Assembly: GCA_963977015.1 (NCBI GenBank)
Contig: CAXBMO010000004.1
Coordinates: 160,001 to 224,000 of the forward strand
DNA length: 64,000 nucleotides
Source: an uncultured bacterium
GTDB taxonomy: Bacteria > Verrucomicrobiota > Verrucomicrobiia > Verrucomicrobiales > DEV007
Reading direction: 5' to 3'
Positions 9,376 through 18,746 of this stretch are shown here, piece by piece (within the stretch, counting starts at the first letter, position 1; the number at the start of each line of letters is the position of its first letter). The position numbers and the translations under genes are program-made. The notes under the pieces were generated by a model, which worked only from the letters and a program-made list of their open reading frames with translations, was not told the origin of the DNA and searched no databases.

Positions 9376-10656
9376 ATGAATCGACGCTCACTCCTCCAGA
9401 CTTCAGGCCTGGCTGGCCTCGGCCTTGCCCTTCAATCTTCTCTGTCCGCAGCCGAATCCAAACGCCCCCCGCGTATTCTGCTTCGTTCCTCCTGGCAGAC
9501 GGTCAACATCGGCGATATCGCACACACTCCGGGCGTCCTCAGCATCCTGCGCCAGCATCTGCCCGAGGCGGAAATCACCCTTTGGCCTTCAAATGTCGAC
9601 AACGGCGTCCAGGAATTGCTCCTCAAGGAATTTCCCAAGCTCAAGATCGCCAAATCCCGAAGCGAAGACCTGAAACGCGCGTTTGAGGAGTGCGATTTCC
9701 TCCTCCACGGATCGGGCGCTTCGATCGTGGCCGAGCGCGATTTGATTCGTTGGCGCGAGGAGACCGGCAAGCCCTACGGAATCTACGGGATCACGTTCCC
9801 CATGAAAAAGTCGTCGGCCACAACCTCACGGACGGAAGACGCGATGGCGCGTTCGGTCGAGGTTTTGAGCCAGGCGCAATTCGTTTTTTTCCGAGACAGC
9901 AAGTCGCTCGAACTGGCGAAATCATTGGGTGCGAAGTCGCCGGTCATGGAGTTCGGCCCCGACGGAGCGTTCGCCTGCGATCTGCGCGACGCGGAAAAGG
10001 CCGAGACCTTCCTCACCGCAAACGGGTTGGAGGACGGCAAGTTCCTCTGCTGTATCCCGCGACTCCGCTACACACCCTATTGGCTGATCAAGGAGGGCCG
10101 GAAACTCGACGAGGTAAAGCACGCCCGGAATGAGGAGATGAAGGAGCACGATCACGCCCCGTTGCGCGAGGCGATTGTCGAGATCGTGAAGCAGACCGAT
10201 CTGAAAGTGTTGGTTTGCCCCGAGGACCGCACCCACATGGCCGTCGGCAAGGAGATGCTGATCGATAAACTGCCCGCCGACATCCTCAAACGCGTCGTCT
10301 GGCGCCCCAATTACTGGCTCACGGGCGAGGCTGTCAGCGTTTACGTCCGCAGCGCTGGGCTCTTCGGCAACGAGATGCATTCGCCCATCATGTGCATCGG
10401 CCACGGCGTGCCCGCAATCGTCTGCCGCTTTGCCGAACAAACGAGCAAGGGCCTGATGTGGGAAGACATCGGCCTCGGCGACTGGCTCTTTGATCACGAT
10501 TCTCCCGAGGATCAGGCGCGAATTGTGCCGACCGTTTTGGAAATGGCCCAAAAACCAGAAACTGCGCGGAAACAGGCTGCGCTGGCCCGTCAATTTGTGG
10601 AAACGCGACAAAAGGAAACGATGGTCGTCTTGCGCCGGGAATTTGAGGAGGCGTGA
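9376..10656 (+). CDS. Tat-exported polysaccharide pyruvyl transferase family protein
   Basis: Tat signal [43 protein letters not shown]. Confidence 0.85.
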   Translation: MNRRSLLQTSGLAGLGLALQSSLSAAESKRPPRILLRSSWQTVNIGDIAHTPGVLSILRQHLPEAEITLWPSNVDNGVQELLLKEFPKLKIAKSRSEDLKRAFEECDFLLHGSGASIVAERDLIRWREETGKPYGIYGITFPMKKSSATTSRTEDAMARSVEVLSQAQFVFFRDSKSLELAKSLGAKSPVMEFGPDGAFACDLRDAEKAETFLTANGLEDGKFLCCIPRLRYTPYWLIKEGRKLDEVKHARNEEMKEHDHAPLREAIVEIVKQTDLKVLVCPEDRTHMAVGKEMLIDKLPADILKRVVWRPNYWLTGEAVSVYVRSAGLFGNEMHSPIMCIGHGVPAIVCRFAEQTSKGLMWEDIGLGDWLFDHDSPEDQARIVPTVLEMAQKPETARKQAALARQFVETRQKETMVVLRREFEEA

Positions 10657-10719
10657 CCACCGACTGATTGACATTTTTTCGTCAGATTTCCCGGTAAAAG
10701 GGAGTCCCTTTTTAGAGAA

Positions 10720-11262
10720 GTGCCCGATTCCGAAGACAGCCACGAACGATTTATCACGCTGCTGACCAAGCATGAGCGGGTGATTCGAGCCTCGATCTGC
10801 GCCGTGATTCGGCGCTCCGAGGATGTGGATGAGATCATGCAAAACGTCAGCCTCGTCGCCTGGCGAAAGTTTGAGACGCTGACCGAGCCGGAAGGGTTCG
10901 CGAAATGGGCCTGCGTCATCGCCCGTTACGAAGTCCTCGCGTTTCAGCGCGACAAAGCCCGGAACCGTTTTGAGCTGGACGAAAAACTGATCGAGAAAAT
11001 TACCGCCGAAGCGGCGAACGAAATCCCGCATTTGAATCGTCGGCTTTACCTGTTGGACAGTTGTCTGCAAAAGCTTCCGGACGAGCGTCGCCGCCTCGTG
11101 CTCCAAGCCTATGAGCCGGGCTGCAAAACGGCTGATCTGGCCGGAAAACTGGGCAAAACCGCGAATGGACTTTACCAGCTCCTGCGACGCATCCGCCTGG
11201 ATTTGAAGCAATGCGTCGAACGGGAATTGACGCTGGAAACCGGCGAAGGAGGCGCGTGTTAG
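10720..11262 (+). CDS. ECF sigma-70 factor
   Basis: EDVDEIMQNVSLVAWRKF, FAKWACVIARYEV, C-terminal HTH LYQLLRRIRLDLKQC. Confidence 0.9.
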   Translation: MPDSEDSHERFITLLTKHERVIRASICAVIRRSEDVDEIMQNVSLVAWRKFETLTEPEGFAKWACVIARYEVLAFQRDKARNRFELDEKLIEKITAEAANEIPHLNRRLYLLDSCLQKLPDERRRLVLQAYEPGCKTADLAGKLGKTANGLYQLLRRIRLDLKQCVERELTLETGEGGAC

Positions 11263-11266
11263 CCGG

Positions 11267-12862
11267 ATGATCACCCGCGAGGACCAACAAATGCTCGATG
11301 CCTGGCGGCACGATCGAATTTCGGAAGCGGACTTCGCTCTGCTTCACGCACGTCTCGAGGAAAGCGCGGAATTGCGGGCAGAGCTCCGGGCGTTGGCCGC
11401 GGTCGAGACCGGTCTCACGGCATTGGCCGAACCCGGTTTGACCCTGCTGGCTGATCTTCCGCCCTCCAAACTGGATCCGTCCCGGAAAAAGCCTTTGCGC
11501 GAGCAAGTCTGGCTGCCCTGGACGGTCGCGGGTATTGCCGCGGCGCTGGCGCTGTTTCTCGGGATCCGTCCGGTTTCCACGCATTCACCGGGCGATGCCC
11601 CCGCCGGGGGACCGGCTTATACGGCCTTGCTGGTTGATGAAGCCGGGGCCGTATTTGCCCGGCATCGCGATGCAGGCGAGGTGGGATTCGGTCCCGGAGA
11701 TTACGAGTTGAAAGCCGGAACAGCCCATCTTCGCTACGCCAACGGAGCGGACCTGGTGGTTCAAGGGCCGGCCAGGTTTTCGATTGATAACGTGAAGCAC
11801 ACCTTGCTCGAATCCGGCCGCGTCAGGGCGGTCGTGCCTCCCCCGGCCCGCGGGTTCACCATCGAAACGCCTCAACTGCAATTTGAGGACGTGGGCACAG
11901 AGTTTGCCCTGAGCGTCGATCCCGGTTTGGGAGAAAGCGGCATGCAGGTTCTGGATGGTCAGGTCAACCTTCGCCGCAAAAGCGATTCAAGCCTGTTGCA
12001 GGAAGTCTTCAGTGGCGAATGGGTGCGGTATCGGGAGGACTTTGTCGAGAATGCTGCGGCCTTGGATTTGTCCCTCTTTCCCTCGCCCGGCTACATCGGT
12101 TATCTGCGTTGGAGACAGGAACGCAACACCATCCTGGAGGATCCAAGTGTCATCGCCTGGTTCCCGTTCTCGCGGGAAACGAACCGGTCCGTCCTGACCA
12201 ACGGGCAACGTCGATACGGAGTTCCCGACGGCCGAATCGCGGGCGCCCGATGGGTTTCCGGCCGCTGGCCGGGCAAGGAGGCGCTCCTGTTCGACCGGGA
12301 GAGCGATTTCGTTCAACTGGAGATTCCCGGCGAGTTTCAGGAGTTAACCATCGCCGTTTGGCTCAAGGTGGATCGCTACGATCAAGGGATGAACGCCGTT
12401 CTCAATTCCAACGGAGAGGATCCCGGCGACGTCCACCTTCAGCTAACGCGCCACGGATTGCCGCGCGGCGGGATCATGGCCGTCGAACGCCCGGTTTATG
12501 AGTGGGTCGGCAATCCCGTTCCGGTCGCCAAATGGACGCATGTGACGCAGGTGATCTCGATTCCGGAGCGCCGGCATGACATCTATGTGAACGGCGAATT
12601 GGTGACCAAAACCACCCTGGCTCCGCAACACCATGTCGCGATTCGCCCGGGGTATTGCCGCTTGGGCAACTGGCTGAAATCGGCCGCCTACCGGAACCAA
12701 CCGGACCGCGAATTTCACGGCCGGATCGATGAGGTGACGGTTTGGAACCGCAGTCTGGGCGAATTGGAGATCGGGGCGCTGATGGAACGCGGCCGGCCAA
12801 GCCTGCTGTGGGATCCGGAGAATCCACCCATGACGGGTCCCAAGCCGGTGCTGGAAAACTGA
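11267..12862 (+). CDS. FecR-type anti-sigma factor with C-terminal LamG/concanavalin-like domain
   Basis: Single TM; FecR motifs ADLVVQGPARF, GFTIETP, DVGTEFAL; LamG motifs TIAVWLKVD, WTHV, IYVNG, FHGRIDEVTVWNR. Confidence 0.88.
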   Translation: MITREDQQMLDAWRHDRISEADFALLHARLEESAELRAELRALAAVETGLTALAEPGLTLLADLPPSKLDPSRKKPLREQVWLPWTVAGIAAALALFLGIRPVSTHSPGDAPAGGPAYTALLVDEAGAVFARHRDAGEVGFGPGDYELKAGTAHLRYANGADLVVQGPARFSIDNVKHTLLESGRVRAVVPPPARGFTIETPQLQFEDVGTEFALSVDPGLGESGMQVLDGQVNLRRKSDSSLLQEVFSGEWVRYREDFVENAAALDLSLFPSPGYIGYLRWRQERNTILEDPSVIAWFPFSRETNRSVLTNGQRRYGVPDGRIAGARWVSGRWPGKEALLFDRESDFVQLEIPGEFQELTIAVWLKVDRYDQGMNAVLNSNGEDPGDVHLQLTRHGLPRGGIMAVERPVYEWVGNPVPVAKWTHVTQVISIPERRHDIYVNGELVTKTTLAPQHHVAIRPGYCRLGNWLKSAAYRNQPDREFHGRIDEVTVWNRSLGELEIGALMERGRPSLLWDPENPPMTGPKPVLEN

Positions 12863-12917
12863 TTCACTTTTGACGCCTTTGTGCGCGATCGCGACATTCA
12901 CCCGGGCCCGGGATCTC

Positions 12918-13109
12918 TCAGCGTGAAGTGAGGCTCAGCCCATGCATCCGCCGTGCGGCGACTTCGCTGCCATGCGGAACTTCCGAATAGAGCTTCAGCC
13001 AGTGACGGAGGGTCTTGGGAGACTCGGTTTGAGTGCGCCGCTCGGGATGAGATATCGACGCCAACCGAGGCGTCCGCGAGCGGGGTTCAGGATGGAAAGT
13101 AGCATTCAT
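12918..13109 (-). CDS. Small (63 aa) protein divergent from the MocR regulator
   Basis: ATG at 13109 gives MNATFHPEPRSRTPRLAS...LRHWLKLYSEVPHGSEVAARRMHGLSLTSR; shares the operator-rich intergenic region with the MocR gene. Confidence 0.5.
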   Translation of the reverse strand: MNATFHPEPRSRTPRLASISHPERRTQTESPKTLRHWLKLYSEVPHGSEVAARRMHGLSLTSR

Positions 13110-13160
13110 TTTCACGTGTGGAAGTTGTGTCAGGTTGGACGACCAGAACAGACACAGAAT

Positions 13161-13204
13161 TAACAATTGTTATCCAGTACAGATGATATAAATCATCTGT
13201 ACTG
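13161..13204. promoter_or_regulatory. Probable MocR operator (inverted repeats)
   Basis: Perfect 13-bp inverted repeat CAGTACAGATGAT-ataa-ATCATCTGTACTG (13175-13204), palindrome TAACAATTGTTA (13161-13172), and an extra CATCTGTA half-site near 13219. Confidence 0.7.
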
Positions 13205-13264
13205 CATTAGATTCCCGCCATCTGTATCTGTTGGATACCTTTCCAAGGCAGAACTTACCCAGCC

Positions 13265-14707
13265 ATGATCGACAAAAAGTCTTCCAAGCCGCTCTATCAC
13301 CAGGTCGCCGATAACCTGGAAGGCCTCATTGACGGCGGCACCTTTCGACCCGGCGAAAAAATTCCCTCCGTCCGGCAGCTCAGTCAGGATCACCGAATCA
13401 GCATTTCCACGGTCATGGAAGCCTATAGTCTTTTGGAAGACCGGGGCCGGGTTCAGGGACGGCGGCGATCCGGCTATTTCGTGCTTCCCCAAATGCCGGG
13501 CAACCGGCGCGACCGCATGCCCACCGCCGCGCGTCACCGCAACCGGCCCGTGGAGCTCTCGTGCTCGGCGATCCAGGAAGCGGTGATGGCCGCGATCGAG
13601 CAACCCGAGATCATTCCCTTCGGCGCCGCCACGCCCGGGGACGACGCCTGCCCGCATCACCGGCTCGCCTCCATCAGTCACGCGATGGCGCGCAAACACG
13701 GGCCGGCCGCGTTCCGCTACACCATGGTTCCGGGCCGGAAGGACCTGCGCACCCAGATCGCCAAGCGCAACCTGATTGCGGGCGTCGAGATGAAGCCGTC
13801 CGACATCATCACCACCACCGGCGCCATCGAAGCTGTCGGCCTGGCCCTTCGGGCGGTGGCGGAGCCCGGTGACCTCATCGTGGTGGAGACGCCCACCTAC
13901 TTCGGCCTGCTGGATCTCGTGCAAAAACTTGGTCTGCGAACCATCGAAACACCGCTCAATCCGGAAACCGGGATCGATCTCGACGCTCTCGCGGAAACGC
14001 TGAAATCGCATCGCGTCGCCGCCTGCCTCATTCAGCCGGACTTTCAGAACCCGATGGGAAGCCTGATGCCGGACGACCACAAGCAGAAGCTGGTATCGAT
14101 GTGCGCCGAAGCCGGGGTCGCCATTGTCGCTGACGAAATTTATTCGGAACTGCACTTTGGAGACAAGCGCTCGCCCTCGCTCAAGGCGTTCGACGAAGAC
14201 GGCATCGTCCTCCAGTGCTCCAGCTTCACCAAATGCCTGTCGCCCGGCCTTCGCGTCGGCTGGATCGCTCCCGGCCGGTATTACGACGCTGTCAAAAAGC
14301 TGAAAACCTCACTCTCGACCGCCAGTTGCACCCTCTCGGAAATGACAGCGGCGGAATTTCTCAACAGTGGTGGATTCGACCGCCAACTTCGCCGCGTTCG
14401 GGCGCTCTTCTTCAGCCAGGTTCAGCAAATTCGTCAGGCGATCTTCGATGCGTTTCCGGAGGGAACCCGCGTTTCCGCGCCCCAGGGCGGGTTCATCCTC
14501 TGGTCGGAGCTGCCCGCCGGTGTCGATGCCGAGAAACTCGCCGTCGATGCCCTGTCCGAAAATATTTCCGTCGTCCCGGGAAGTCTTTGTTCGGCAACCT
14601 GTCAGTTCCGGAACGCGATTCGGATCAACTGCGGCCACGCCTGGACCAGCCGGATGGAGCAAGCCCTCGGCGTCCTCGGTCACCTCGCCAGTCGCCAACT
14701 GCGTTGA
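13265..14707 (+). CDS. MocR/GabR-family GntR regulator (wHTH + PLP-dependent aminotransferase-like domain)
   Basis: PLYHQVAD...KIPSVRQLS...STVMEAYSLLE (GntR HTH); FQNPMG, DEIY, SSFTKCLSPGLRVGW. Confidence 0.95.
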   Translation: MIDKKSSKPLYHQVADNLEGLIDGGTFRPGEKIPSVRQLSQDHRISISTVMEAYSLLEDRGRVQGRRRSGYFVLPQMPGNRRDRMPTAARHRNRPVELSCSAIQEAVMAAIEQPEIIPFGAATPGDDACPHHRLASISHAMARKHGPAAFRYTMVPGRKDLRTQIAKRNLIAGVEMKPSDIITTTGAIEAVGLALRAVAEPGDLIVVETPTYFGLLDLVQKLGLRTIETPLNPETGIDLDALAETLKSHRVAACLIQPDFQNPMGSLMPDDHKQKLVSMCAEAGVAIVADEIYSELHFGDKRSPSLKAFDEDGIVLQCSSFTKCLSPGLRVGWIAPGRYYDAVKKLKTSLSTASCTLSEMTAAEFLNSGGFDRQLRRVRALFFSQVQQIRQAIFDAFPEGTRVSAPQGGFILWSELPAGVDAEKLAVDALSENISVVPGSLCSATCQFRNAIRINCGHAWTSRMEQALGVLGHLASRQLR

Positions 14708-14808
14708 ACGTGACTCGCCGCATTGATTCAAACCCGGAATTCCGTTTCGGAAATCGCGGCATTGCTGTGCTAGGAATAACCCTGACCCCGAAAACCCTCG
14801 TGATTCCG

Positions 14809-17800
14809 ATGCCCCTGACCCATTCCCGAACTGCCGCGGCGATCCTCTTCCTCTCCGCCCTGTCCTTCGCCACGCTTCCCGCCGAAACGCCCGGCAATTT
14901 CCAACCCGAAAACCTCGTGCCCTGGTGCATCGTCCCCTTTGACGCCAAAAAACGCAGCCCGGCGGAACGCGCGGAGATGTTGGTAGAACTCGGCTTGAAG
15001 CGCTGTGCTTATGATTGGCGGAACCATCACGTGGCTGAGTTTGAAGAGGAAATCCTCGAATACAAAAAGCACGGAATCGAGTTTTTCGCCTTCTGGGGCG
15101 GCCATGAATCGGCCTATGCCCTCTTTGAGAAATACAACCTGCATCCCCAGATTTGGCGAACGTTAGGATCTCCGACCGAAGGCGCCCAGAGCGAAAAAGT
15201 CGCCGCGGCGGCTGATTCGATGGAGGAGCTTGCGAAACGAACGGCGCAGCTGGGTTGCAAGTTGGGGCTCTACAATCACGGCGGTTGGGGTGGCGAGCCG
15301 GCGAACCTCGTCGCGGTCTGTGAAGAGCTGCGAAACCGTGGACATAAGCACGTCGGGATCGTTTACAACTGGCATCACGGGCACGGTCACATCACGGATT
15401 GGGCCGAATCGCTCGCGCTGATGACGCCGTATTTGCACTGCCTCAACCTGAACGGAATGAATCCGGGCGCCGAGCCCAAGATCCTGCCGCTGTCGCAGGG
15501 CAAACACGAACTGGAAATGCTCAGGGTCGTGCTCGAATCCGGCTACAACGGGCCGATCGGGATTCTCGATCACCAGAACACGACCGATTCCTTTGAGACC
15601 CTGAGCGAGAACCTCAAAGGGCTCGACTGGCTCCTCGGCGAGTTGGAAAAACCGGGCTCCAGCGGCGACCGGCCGAAGTTCGGAAAAGCGACCACTTCGC
15701 CGAAGCTGGAGACGTCTCTCGCCCCGGCGTTCGGACAGGCCCTCTCGGATGGGTTGCTGGTTCCTGGAAACGCCGACTGGCGCGAGCCGCCCATCACCGT
15801 GGAATGCCGCGCAAAACTCAAGCCAGACGGCGGCTACCACATTCTCCTCGCCAGCGACACCAAGGCTTCCGCGGCGCACTGGGAGATTTTCGCGATGAAA
15901 GGCGACGGCACCCTGACCGCTTATTTGCCCGGGGCCACGCCGGATCACGTCCGCAGCGACTTCGTGATCGCGGACGGAAAATGGCACTCGGTTTCCATGA
16001 AATACGCCCCGGATCGGGTTCGACTCCGGGCTGATGGGAAAGTGGTTGCGGACCAGGAAATTGAGCTGAAGCCTTCCCGGAAAGTTGTGCCGGGTGGCTT
16101 GGGAATCGGACGGCTCGTCGAGGGTAGGATCGGGATGCGCGGCGCGATCGACGAGGTCCGGATTCGCGCGGGGATTGTTTCCGGGCTCGACGCGGTTTCG
16201 CCGGACCCGTTCCCGGAATCTGCCGAAGGCCAGCTTGGCCACTGGGATTTTGAGGACCCGGCCGTTTTCCAATCAGCCGAATCGACCAAACCGGTTGCAA
16301 AGGGCGCGATTTCCCGCGCGCCGCTGGAACCCGAACTGAATCCCTACTGGGAAGCCGAGATCAATCGGGACCGGGTCTACGATTTCTACGCCAAGCAGGC
16401 GCTCCACTTCGGAAACCTGGAACCGGCCGAAGTTCCGGAGATTTTGCCCGCGTTTCCCGGGCTCGATGGCGGGAAATACGGGCATTGGGGGAACCAGAAC
16501 GACAAGGACACCTGGAAAGACGGCCGGGTCCGTGAGATGGATCACGGCTCGATGGTGAGCGGCGTGTTTCGCGGCGCGGGCCTGACCTTGCCCCGCGCGG
16601 TCAGTGTCCGGCTCGGCGATGGGATCAACGCGGTGTTCGATCAGAAAACCCTGACCTTCGCCGCGGCCTGGAAAGGCGAGCTGGTGGAATGGTCCGATGT
16701 GCGTCGCGGCATCATGCGCGGGATTCCGATGGGCGGGAAGGAAACGGTGCCCCTGAAACGCGCCCCCAAGCCGGCTGACGACGCGCGTTATCTCGGATTC
16801 CATCGGACTGGGCAGCGGGTCGTCTTTGCCTACCTCGAAAACGGAGAAACTCGGTATCGCTCCGCCGAAGTCCGCGACGGCGCGGTGATCGAAACGGTCA
16901 GTTCAGGCGCGCCCGGAATGGGCGACGCCGAGTGGCCCGAACGCCTCGAAGCGCGCGGGGAACGGGGTAAGGGCCAGCCTTACGCGATCGACACCCTCAC
17001 CCTCCCCTACGCCAATCCGTGGAACGCGCTTTTCTTCGTCTCCGGGATCGACTTTCTCGCGGAAAACCGGATCGCGATCTGCACGATCCACGGCGACGTC
17101 TGGATTTGCGACGTTTCCAGCGATGACCTTGCGAAGCTGACTTGGAAACGCTTCGCCGCCGGACTGCACCAGCCGCTCGGGCTCAAGGTCGCCGACGGCG
17201 TCATCCACGTGATGTGCCGCGACCAGCTCATCGCGCTGCACGACCGCAACGGCGACGACGAGGCCGATTTCTACGCGTGCGTTTCCCAGGCCCACGTGGC
17301 TTCGCCGGGAGCGCACGACTTCATCACCGGGCTGCAGCGCGACGACCAGGGCCGCTGGTATTTCGCCTCCGGAAAGCAGGGCGTCTGCCGGGTTTCGCCA
17401 AACGGCGACTCGCTCGAGGTGCTCGGCACCGGGCTGCGCAATCCCAACGGGCTGGGAATCTCGCCGGACGGCGAGGTGGTGCTGAGCAGCGTGCAGGAAG
17501 GCAACTGGACCCCGGCCAGCGCGATCTGCGACCTCAGCCGGGGCGGTCACTTCGGCGCGGGCGGGCCGAAAGCGGGCGACCGCGGTTACGTGCCGCCGAT
17601 GCTCTACCTTCCCCGCGGCGCGGACAATTCCTGCGGCGGGCAGGCCTTCATCGACAGCGACCGCTGGGGACCGGCACAGGGGCAGTGGCTCCACTTTTCC
17701 AGCGGCTACGCCAAGTATTTCCTGGTCCTGCGCGAGGTGGTCGGCGGGGAATCCCAAGCTGCGGCGATTCCCCTGCCCGGCGAGTTTCTCTCCGGCTGCC

Positions 17801-18579
17801 ACCGGGGACGCTTCTCGCCCTTCGACGGCCAACTCTACGTCGCCTCGGCCCAGGGCTGGGGGAACTACGGCGTCGCCGACGGCGCCCTGCAGCGGGTCCG
17901 TCACACCGGCGGTCAATACCCCTATCCGGATTCCTGTGAAATGCGCCAAAACGGGGTCCTGCTCCGCTTTGCCAATCCCCAGTCCGGCTCGATCGCGGAG
18001 ACGAATCGCTGGTTTGCCCAGCATTGGAATTACCTTTACGGCCCGGCCTACGGGTCGCCGGAGTTTTCCGTGAGCGCGCCGGAAACCGAGGGTCACGACC
18101 GGCTCGAGATCCGCTCCGTCCAACGCCTCGACGAGGGGCGGACCGTTTTCCTGGAAATTCCCGAGATCCGGCCCGTCCACCAGCTTCACCTCCACTTTGC
18201 GGGAACCCCGCGGCTGGAACTGTTCGCCACGGTGCATCGCCTCGGCGAACCGTTCACCGAGTTTCCCGGCTACAAACCGGTGGTGAAGAAATCGATCGCG
18301 GCGACTCAGCCCGCGCTCCCCGGCGAGCTGTCCATCGCCGCCTTGATGAACGCCTGCGCCGCCTGCCATCACCCGACCCAGCAGGTCGTCGGCCCACCCT
18401 TCGCCGAAATCCGGCAGCGCTACGCCGGCAACCCGGACGGCATCGTGAAATGGGCGATGAACCCGGAAAACCGCAATCCGGATCTCCCGCCGATGCCCTC
18501 GTTCCAGTTTCTCGGGGAGGAAACCCTGAAACGGATCGCCACCGAGATTCTGAACGGAACCGGCAGTCCAAAAAATTAA
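14809..18579 (+). CDS. Secreted multidomain protein: sugar-isomerase-like TIM barrel + LamG + DUF6797-type beta-propeller + C-terminal c-type cytochrome
   Basis: Signal peptide from ATG 14809; WCIVPFD and LYNHGGWGGEP (TIM barrel); DGKWH and GAIDEVRI (LamG); GLHQPLGL and GLRNPNG (propeller); heme motif CAACH with VVGP and distal PPMP. Confidence 0.85.
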   Translation: MPLTHSRTAAAILFLSALSFATLPAETPGNFQPENLVPWCIVPFDAKKRSPAERAEMLVELGLKRCAYDWRNHHVAEFEEEILEYKKHGIEFFAFWGGHESAYALFEKYNLHPQIWRTLGSPTEGAQSEKVAAAADSMEELAKRTAQLGCKLGLYNHGGWGGEPANLVAVCEELRNRGHKHVGIVYNWHHGHGHITDWAESLALMTPYLHCLNLNGMNPGAEPKILPLSQGKHELEMLRVVLESGYNGPIGILDHQNTTDSFETLSENLKGLDWLLGELEKPGSSGDRPKFGKATTSPKLETSLAPAFGQALSDGLLVPGNADWREPPITVECRAKLKPDGGYHILLASDTKASAAHWEIFAMKGDGTLTAYLPGATPDHVRSDFVIADGKWHSVSMKYAPDRVRLRADGKVVADQEIELKPSRKVVPGGLGIGRLVEGRIGMRGAIDEVRIRAGIVSGLDAVSPDPFPESAEGQLGHWDFEDPAVFQSAESTKPVAKGAISRAPLEPELNPYWEAEINRDRVYDFYAKQALHFGNLEPAEVPEILPAFPGLDGGKYGHWGNQNDKDTWKDGRVREMDHGSMVSGVFRGAGLTLPRAVSVRLGDGINAVFDQKTLTFAAAWKGELVEWSDVRRGIMRGIPMGGKETVPLKRAPKPADDARYLGFHRTGQRVVFAYLENGETRYRSAEVRDGAVIETVSSGAPGMGDAEWPERLEARGERGKGQPYAIDTLTLPYANPWNALFFVSGIDFLAENRIAICTIHGDVWICDVSSDDLAKLTWKRFAAGLHQPLGLKVADGVIHVMCRDQLIALHDRNGDDEADFYACVSQAHVASPGAHDFITGLQRDDQGRWYFASGKQGVCRVSPNGDSLEVLGTGLRNPNGLGISPDGEVVLSSVQEGNWTPASAICDLSRGGHFGAGGPKAGDRGYVPPMLYLPRGADNSCGGQAFIDSDRWGPAQGQWLHFSSGYAKYFLVLREVVGGESQAAAIPLPGEFLSGCHRGRFSPFDGQLYVASAQGWGNYGVADGALQRVRHTGGQYPYPDSCEMRQNGVLLRFANPQSGSIAETNRWFAQHWNYLYGPAYGSPEFSVSAPETEGHDRLEIRSVQRLDEGRTVFLEIPEIRPVHQLHLHFAGTPRLELFATVHRLGEPFTEFPGYKPVVKKSIAATQPALPGELSIAALMNACAACHHPTQQVVGPPFAEIRQRYAGNPDGIVKWAMNPENRNPDLPPMPSFQFLGEETLKRIATEILNGTGSPKN
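18431..18579 (+). repeat. Direct repeat copy 1 (3' end of the cytochrome protein gene)
   Basis: Matches 21667-21816; core 18469-18543 versus 21706-21780 is 69/75 identical. Confidence 0.9.
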
Positions 18580-18746
18580 GATTTCCATCGCCGTCTTCCT
18601 TCAGCAGGAGTTAGTGGTTTCTCAAGGTGAAGCCCTGCGCAATGACGCACGATTGCACGTTCAGCCAGTTCACCATCAAATCACCCTGGAAGCAGTCAGC
18701 TCCAACGAACCCATCCATTATTTTCCCAATCCCAACCGTTTCCGAC

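Noticed and set aside
14215-14808. N-terminal extension of the 1454-aa ORF
   Set aside because: It overlaps the MocR gene in another frame; a signal peptide begins at ATG 14809.
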